Shown here: positions 30,255 through 35,388 of the stretch, piece after piece
Position numbering within the stretch: position 1 is the stretch's first letter
How the letters are laid out: every line of letters begins with the position of its first letter
NCBI GenBank assembly: GCA_964533005.1
Contig: CAZHLB010000001.1
Span: forward strand, 1 to 35,388
From: an uncultured Saprospiraceae bacterium
Lineage (GTDB): Bacteria; Bacteroidota; Bacteroidia; Chitinophagales; Saprospiraceae
Length of the DNA stretch: 35,388 nt
Reading direction: 5' to 3'
Notes under the pieces: generated by a model
Database searches by the model: none
Told to the model about the DNA's origin: nothing
What the model saw: the letters and a program-made list of their open reading frames with translations, nothing else
Made by a program: the position numbers and the translations under genes

Positions 30255-32675
30255 ATGATGATGAAACAATCCAACTTCTTTCCGCTTCTTTTTTGCCTTT
30301 TGGCAACCTCCCTTTTCTCCCAGACCAACATCACTCAAATCCTCAGTGTCAACAGCAGCGGCGCAGCCGCCGATGCCAGCGCACAGCTCGACGTGAGCGC
30401 CACCGACAAGGGCGTGCTCGTGCCCCGCATGACCTCGGCGCAGCGAACCGCCATCACCGCCGCCAACGCCCTGCTCGTGTTCGACTCCGACACCAAATCC
30501 TTCTGGTTTTTCGACAGCGCAGCGGCTGCATGGCGGGAAATCAGGGCAGGCAACATCGCCACCCTCGCAGATGCCGACGGCAACACCAAAGTGCAGGTGG
30601 AGAAAAACCCGAACGAAAACATCATCCGCTTCGACCTCGACGGAGCGGAGCGCATGGTGCTGCGCAGAAACGCAGAGGGCTTCCCACAGTTGGAGTTTCT
30701 CAATTCGCTGAACAATATCTTCATTGGTCAAGGCGCCGGCTTTTCCAACACCGCCGCCGGTTTCAGCCACACGGCTGTCGGGACGTCCGCTCTTTTTTCC
30801 AACAACACCGGCGTCGGCAACACCGCATTCGGGTATCAGACGCTGCGCTCCACCACCAGCGGCAACAACAACACCGCCGTCGGCGTACTTGCACTTTATG
30901 CCAACACCACCGGCTTTTCCAACGTCGCCATCGGCGACGAAGCGCTTTATTTCAACACCGACCGCTCCAACCTCGTGGCGGTGGGCGACTCGGCGCTGTA
31001 CAACAATGGAGTAGGGGCGAGCGGTAGCTTTGAGGCGAAATTCAACACGGCGCTCGGCAGCAAAGCCCTTTTCGCCAACACCACCGGCAACGCCAACACC
31101 GCCGTTGGAAGGAAGGCGCTGGTTTCCAACACCTCTGGCACCAACAACAGCGCTACCGGAGAGTCAGCACTTCGCGCCAACACCACCGGCAGCCTAAACA
31201 CCGCCAATGGACAGACTGCGCTTTTTTTGAACACCACCGGCAGCCTAAACACCGCCAATGGACAGGCTGCGCTTTTTTTGAACACCACCGGCAGCTACAA
31301 CACCGCCAATGGCGTGCAGGCGCTGCGCTCCAACACCACCGGCTACTCTAACGTCGCCATTGGCAAAGACGCCCTGTACCAGAACTCCACCCGCTCCAAC
31401 CTCGTGGCGGTGGGCGATTCGGCGCTGTTCAACAACGGAGTGGGGGCAACTTTTGCCTTTCATGGCGCCGGCAATACTGCACTGGGGAGCAAGTCGCTTT
31501 TTACCAATACGATTGGCAACAACAATACGGCGAGCGGCTACCGGGCTTTATTTTCCAACACCACCGGCTTTGCGAACACTGCGCACGGAACGTTTTCGCT
31601 GCAAAACAACACCACCGGCAATGCCAATACTGCCCTGGGAACGAATACGCTCCCTGTCAACACCACCGGCTCCAGCAACACCGCCGCCGGCAACCTGGCG
31701 CTGTTTACCAACACCACCGGCAATGCCAACTCCGGCTTCGGGATAGAAGCCTTGAAGTTCAACACGACCGGCAGCAACAACACTGCCGCCGGGGTGGATG
31801 CGTTGGTCAGCAACACCACCGGCAGCAACAACACCGCCCTCGGCTACGATGCCGACGTGACCGCCAACAACCTCACCAACGCCACCGCCATCGGCTACAA
31901 TGCCAAAGTGAGCGCCAGCAACAGCCTCGTGCTGGGAGGCACGGGCGCTGATGCAGTAAATGTCGGCATCGGCACAACGACCCCGACCAGCGCCAAATTG
32001 GTCATCAGCACCAGCGCCGGATTCAACGGCATTGACCTCTCCACTGCCGACGCCTACGCTGAAATGCGGGTCATCCGCAACACGCTCAATGCCGGTGACA
32101 AAGACCTCTACCTCGGCTTCGGCAGCCCCTCTGGAAGCGCCACGTATATCTATTCCGACGGCGTGGAAACCATTGTGGCAAAAGACCAACGGGCAGGCGT
32201 TGGTCGCTTTCCGCTCACCAATAACCTCGAAGTGGAAGGCGACGCCTCCAAATCCTCCGCCGGCGACTGGCTCGCCAACTCCGACGCCCGCCTGAAAAAG
32301 AACATCCAGCCTTTGAACAGCCAGGAAATGCTGCAAAAACTACTCTCGCTGCAAGGCATCACCTACGAATGGAACGACGACCAGACCGGCTCGAAGCGAC
32401 CGGAAGGCATTCAATACGGCTTTACGGCGCAGAACATTCAAACAGTATTTCCGACGCTGGTGGAGAAGGATAAATTGGGCTACCTGCAAACGGCTTACGG
32501 CACGTATGATGCGATGACGGTGGAGGCGATACGGGCGCTGAACGAGGAAATTGGAAATTTGAAAATGGAAAATGCGGCGCAAGCGGCAGAGATTGAGCGG
32601 CTGAAAAAAGTAGAAACCCAACTCGACAAAATCACCGCCGCCCTCACCGGGGCAGGTATCGCAGTCGAAAAATAA
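30255..32675 (+). CDS. P8: secreted fibre-like repeat protein, class B S74-type C-terminal module
   Basis: 806-aa ORF with signal peptide MMMKQSNFFPLLFCLLATSLFSQ. The N-domain is nearly identical to P2. The 17-residue repeats span about 30711-31850, followed by a P2-like region (NATAIGYNAKVSASNSLVLGGTGADAVNVGIGTTTP). The C-terminal module reads DWLANSDARLKKNIQPLNSQEMLQKLLSLQGITYEWND..GIQYGFTAQNIQTVFPTLV, with tail QLDKITAALTGAGIAVEK. Confidence 0.85.
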   Translation: MMMKQSNFFPLLFCLLATSLFSQTNITQILSVNSSGAAADASAQLDVSATDKGVLVPRMTSAQRTAITAANALLVFDSDTKSFWFFDSAAAAWREIRAGNIATLADADGNTKVQVEKNPNENIIRFDLDGAERMVLRRNAEGFPQLEFLNSLNNIFIGQGAGFSNTAAGFSHTAVGTSALFSNNTGVGNTAFGYQTLRSTTSGNNNTAVGVLALYANTTGFSNVAIGDEALYFNTDRSNLVAVGDSALYNNGVGASGSFEAKFNTALGSKALFANTTGNANTAVGRKALVSNTSGTNNSATGESALRANTTGSLNTANGQTALFLNTTGSLNTANGQAALFLNTTGSYNTANGVQALRSNTTGYSNVAIGKDALYQNSTRSNLVAVGDSALFNNGVGATFAFHGAGNTALGSKSLFTNTIGNNNTASGYRALFSNTTGFANTAHGTFSLQNNTTGNANTALGTNTLPVNTTGSSNTAAGNLALFTNTTGNANSGFGIEALKFNTTGSNNTAAGVDALVSNTTGSNNTALGYDADVTANNLTNATAIGYNAKVSASNSLVLGGTGADAVNVGIGTTTPTSAKLVISTSAGFNGIDLSTADAYAEMRVIRNTLNAGDKDLYLGFGSPSGSATYIYSDGVETIVAKDQRAGVGRFPLTNNLEVEGDASKSSAGDWLANSDARLKKNIQPLNSQEMLQKLLSLQGITYEWNDDQTGSKRPEGIQYGFTAQNIQTVFPTLVEKDKLGYLQTAYGTYDAMTVEAIRALNEEIGNLKMENAAQAAEIERLKKVETQLDKITAALTGAGIAVEK
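31181..31282 (+). repeat. Tandem 2 x 51-nt duplication (one 17-residue repeat unit) inside P8
   Basis: caccaccggcagcctaaacaccgccaatggacag[a/g]ctgcgctttttttgaa occurs twice back to back, at 31181-31231 and 31232-31282, with a single mismatch. It encodes TTGSLNTANGQ[T/A]ALFLN. Confidence 0.85.
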
Positions 32676-32767
32676 CCCGGTCGTGCCAAGCGCCAATCAA
32701 GTCTTGAAGGTCATTTATTTATTAAGCTGTAAAAGCCATCCTCCAAAATATGGCGCCATCACTTTTA

Positions 32768-33163
32768 TTAACCTGCCTTTTTCTCTCCCGTACCGGTGAC
32801 TGGCTTCGCAGGAGTTCTTTTTGCCGCTTTGCGGACAATGGTCTTTGCCGCTTTGGGAGCGGCAGTTTTTGCTGCCTTTACAGCGACAGGTCTTACCGCT
32901 TTGGCGGGTGCTTTTTTTAATTCCACTTTTTTCTCCACCGTTTTTTTAGCGGCAGCCATGGGAGCGGCTTTCGGCGCTTTTTCGGCGGCTTTCAGTTCTT
33001 TTTTGAAAGCTTTTTTGGCGCTTTTCAAGTCATCCTTGAGCGCCTTGCGCCGGGTTTTCAAATCTGCCAGCGCCTTCTCTTTCAATCGAACGTCAGTAAA
33101 AAGTGTAACCAACGTCGGATGGTTTGTAAAGAGCTGCTTGTCAACTTTTTGTAGCTTACTCAT
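32768..33163 (-). CDS. Lys/Ala-rich histone H1-like (nucleoid-associated) protein
   Basis: 131-aa ORF whose C-terminal two-thirds is an AKK/PKA-rich low-complexity region (..KAAPKAAKTIVRKAAKRTPAKP..). The antisense ORF (32796-33179) is A/F-rich and less plausible. Confidence 0.6.
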   Translation of the reverse strand: MSKLQKVDKQLFTNHPTLVTLFTDVRLKEKALADLKTRRKALKDDLKSAKKAFKKELKAAEKAPKAAPMAAAKKTVEKKVELKKAPAKAVRPVAVKAAKTAAPKAAKTIVRKAAKRTPAKPVTGTGEKKAG

Positions 33164-33229
33164 TTCAATGAAATTTTAGTTGTGCGAAGAATTTTGGGGT
33201 GACAAAAGTAAGCGGCTTAACACGGACTT

Positions 33230-33267
33230 AATGTTAAGTTTTTACCGGGAGGTAAAAACTTAACATT
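33230..33267. repeat. Perfect 17-bp hairpin upstream of the histone-like gene
   Basis: aatgttaagtttttacc ggga ggtaaaaacttaacatt lies between the T9SS gene terminator and the start of the 32768-33163 gene. Confidence 0.6.
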
Positions 33268-33316
33268 GGCAGGGTCTGGAGCATGGTTTTATATTCCTTG
33301 CCCGTCTTCTTGTAAA

Positions 33317-33359
33317 CAAAAATCCCCGCCTCAGCCGAAGCCGGGGCAGGGATTTTTTT
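33317..33359 (-). terminator. Rho-independent terminator of the T9SS-substrate gene, with bidirectional shape
   Basis: aaaaatccccgcc..ggggcagggattttttt is a GC-rich stem flanked by an A-run and a T-run. It lies 20 nt after the minus-strand stop at 33379. Confidence 0.7.
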
Positions 33360-33378
33360 CATCAAAACCAGTGGATGT

Positions 33379-35388
33379 TTATTGCACTGCCACCCTCCCT
33401 GTCAACACGCCCTTTTCCGAAGCAATCCGAACCAGATAAGTCCCTTTTGCCACGTTGTACAGGTCGAGTTTGGAAGTCTGGGCGGTAGCCTGCATCTCCA
33501 TTTTTTCCGTCAAAATCATCCTGCCGGTCACGTCGGAGACGCTGATGGTGTACGTCCCTGCCTCGAACTTGCTGAATGCGAGATTGACCCAGCCCGATGT
33601 TGGGTTCGGGAACAAGTTCAGTTCGCCTGCGAGCTGCGCTTCGTGTGTCGCATTCGGCAGAATGTTCACCGTGATTTCGTCCGAGCCTTCGCAGCCGTTT
33701 CCGTCGGTCACGGTCACGCTGAACGTGCCGGTTTCGGTCACGGTCAAAGTTTGACCTGTCGAGCCGTCGCTCCACAAATAGAACAAGCCGAAACCTGCGC
33801 CTGCATCCAAAACGTAGCTGCTAACGGGCAGGAAAATCGTGGTGTCGTTGCCCAGATTTATTTCCGGGGCAGGGTTGACGAAGACGGTGGCGGCATCCAA
33901 ATCCGTGCAGCCGAAGCTGTTGCTCGCAATCACCGAGTAAGTGCCGGTGGTCGTCACGTTGATGGTCGGCGAAGTTGCGCCGGTTGACCAGGTGTAGCTC
34001 GTGAAACCTGCGCCTGCATTCAGCGTGGCAGTTTCGCCTTCGCAAATGGTTTGGTTGGCGCCCAAATCCACGTTTGGCGTGGGATTCACCGTCAGCGCCA
34101 GGGCGTCGCTGTTCGTGCAACCGTTTGAGGCAGTGATAGTTACCGTGTAATTTCCAGCGGTGGTTGCCTGGACGGTTTGAGCGGTTGCGCCGTTGCTCCA
34201 TGCGTAGGCGGTGAAACCTGCGCCTGCGTCGAGGGTGGCAAATGCGCCTGCGCAGATAGCCTGGTCAGCGCCAAGCTCGACATCCGGGACGGGTAGGCTG
34301 CTGATTTGCACGGCATCGGAAAGGGTGCAGCCGAAGACGTTGGTCACGGTCACGGCGTAGCTGCCTGCCGAGTTGACGGAGATGGTCGGCGTGGTTTCGC
34401 CGTTGCTCCAAACGAAGGTGCTGCCGCCGATGAAATCGCCAGCCGTGAGCGTCGCCGGGAACTCATTTTGGCAGACCGGGAACGGGTCGCCCAGCTCCGT
34501 TTGCGGCAACGGATTGACAATCAAACCCGTAGCGTCACTACTCATGCAGCCGTTGGTGTCGGTCACGGTGACGGAAATTGCTCCCGACGCCGAAGCCGTC
34601 AGTATTTGACTGGTCGTGCCGTCGTTCCACAAATAGCTCGTGAAGCCTGCGCCTGCGTCGAAAGTCCAAGTCTCGCCAGCGCAAACGGACTGCGGGTTGA
34701 CGAGGTCAATTACCGGCAGCGAATTAACCGCCACCGCCACGCTATCCGCTGATTTACAACCAACTGCGTTCGTCACCGTCACCTGATACGTTCCGGCGTC
34801 GGCGGCGGAAATGCTCTGCGTCGTCGAGCCATCGCTCCACGAGTAGGCAGCGAAACCAGCGCCTGCATCCAGCGTCGCCGCCGAGCCTGCGCACGTGCTG
34901 ACCGTAGCCTGCGGAAAATCATACGTGCAGTAGGGCGACACGTAGCCGAGCGGCTGCGGCAAACCGTAGATGTAGAGCCGGGTCGTTTTTCCGGTGAAAA
35001 CAATCGAGCCGTCCGCCGCCGGGCTGTTGATGCCGAAGTCGTTGTCGTTCACGATGCCAATCGTGTGGTCGTCAATGATGGTCAAGCCTTCCGGCTTGTC
35101 GTGCGACCTGTCCCAACCGGCTTCGAGCAGGTCGAGGACGAAGGTTTTTTCAACCACGTTTACGCCGAAAGCGGCGATGCCAGCCGCTGTTCCGACTTGT
35201 TCCATCGTCATGCCGCCGTAGTCTTCGGTAGTCAGCGGGGTGGCGTTGGCGATGTTGATTTTGTAGATATTCTTCACGTTCCAGCCGTTGCGTTCGGCGT
35301 GCTCGACCAGCAAAAACTCGGTGTTGTTCACTGAAACGAGGTCGCCGATTTTCCAGTCACGGGTGCGGATTTGACCAATCACCGGCTG
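33379..35388 (-). CDS. T9SS-secreted protein (5' end outside the window): phytase-like esterase domain, six Ig-like repeats and a Por C-terminal sorting domain
   Basis: The frame is open to the window edge. The N-terminal part (..NIYKINIANATPL..HDKPEGLTIIDDHTIGIVNDNDFG) resembles the phytase-like esterase family. Six ~70-aa repeats follow, with the pattern C.G....LDAGAGFT.Y.WS.G.T.Q.I......G.Y.V.V....GC...D. The C-terminus LNLFPNPTSGWVNLAFS..GTYTISVSDVTGRMIL..GTYLVRIASEKGVLTGRVAVQ is a typical T9SS CTD. Confidence 0.8.
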   Translation of the reverse strand, partial: QPVIGQIRTRDWKIGDLVSVNNTEFLLVEHAERNGWNVKNIYKINIANATPLTTEDYGGMTMEQVGTAAGIAAFGVNVVEKTFVLDLLEAGWDRSHDKPEGLTIIDDHTIGIVNDNDFGINSPAADGSIVFTGKTTRLYIYGLPQPLGYVSPYCTYDFPQATVSTCAGSAATLDAGAGFAAYSWSDGSTTQSISAADAGTYQVTVTNAVGCKSADSVAVAVNSLPVIDLVNPQSVCAGETWTFDAGAGFTSYLWNDGTTSQILTASASGAISVTVTDTNGCMSSDATGLIVNPLPQTELGDPFPVCQNEFPATLTAGDFIGGSTFVWSNGETTPTISVNSAGSYAVTVTNVFGCTLSDAVQISSLPVPDVELGADQAICAGAFATLDAGAGFTAYAWSNGATAQTVQATTAGNYTVTITASNGCTNSDALALTVNPTPNVDLGANQTICEGETATLNAGAGFTSYTWSTGATSPTINVTTTGTYSVIASNSFGCTDLDAATVFVNPAPEINLGNDTTIFLPVSSYVLDAGAGFGLFYLWSDGSTGQTLTVTETGTFSVTVTDGNGCEGSDEITVNILPNATHEAQLAGELNLFPNPTSGWVNLAFSKFEAGTYTISVSDVTGRMILTEKMEMQATAQTSKLDLYNVAKGTYLVRIASEKGVLTGRVAVQ

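Noticed and set aside
571-31850. Possible CRISPR array or diversity-generating retroelement, suggested by highly periodic 51-nt repeats.
   Set aside because: The periodicity is coding (17-residue units) with no unique spacers between the repeats. No cas genes, no reverse transcriptase, and no template/variable repeat pair with adenine-specific differences are visible.
127-32675. A prophage or phage tail gene cluster, suggested by the tail-fibre/S74-like domains.
   Set aside because: There is no capsid, portal, terminase, tape-measure, baseplate, lysis or integrase gene in 35 kb. Every fibre ORF has its own Sec signal peptide, which virion proteins normally lack.
32796-33179. 127-aa plus-strand ORF overlapping the histone-like gene.
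   Set aside because: It is an Ala/Phe-rich mirror of the Lys/Ala-rich minus-strand ORF. The minus-strand product resembles known H1-like proteins, but this choice is not certain.

Overview
This 35.4-kb window most likely comes from a Bacteroidota chromosome. Supporting signs are a T9SS C-terminal sorting domain, an AraC-type hybrid two-component sensor, TAnnTTTG-type -7 boxes, and no Shine-Dalgarno sequences before the starts. The main content is a family of eight same-strand (+) paralogous genes, called P1-P8 here, plus one orphan 3' remnant. A typical member has six parts: a Sec signal peptide, a conserved ~70-aa N-domain (..LDVSATDKG.LVPRMT..QRTAI..P..GLLVFDT..), a DxDGDTKIQVEE..EDIIRFDL segment, a variable array of ~17-residue repeats, a C-terminal module resembling the phage tail-fibre/endosialidase intramolecular chaperone (peptidase S74) with an SD[AG]R[IFL]K motif, and a coiled-coil tail ending KITAALxGAGIAVEK. 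I see no phage structural genes. The paralogs look mosaic: leaders, N-domains, S74 cores and tails are shared in different combinations, and intergenic hairpins and promoter regions are duplicated along with them. A minus-strand, partly decayed defence island (13.7-19.4 kb) interrupts the array. It holds an AAA-ATPase/PD-(D/E)XK-type gene, a C-terminal fragment of a type IIG methyltransferase, and N- and C-terminal fragments of a Type ISP-like R-M enzyme. Those two fragments flank a compact dcm / frameshifted endonuclease / vsr cassette. Other genes are a large hybrid sensor kinase/response regulator carrying an in-frame 129-nt palindromic insertion, a DUF3455-like lipoprotein, a secreted protein with an internal duplication, a lactonase-type beta-propeller lipoprotein, a Lys/Ala-rich histone H1-like protein, and a partial T9SS-secreted phytase-like protein with six Ig-like repeats. 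Several MITE/REP-like inverted repeats lie in intergenic regions. All domain assignments come from motif recognition by eye; no searches were run.
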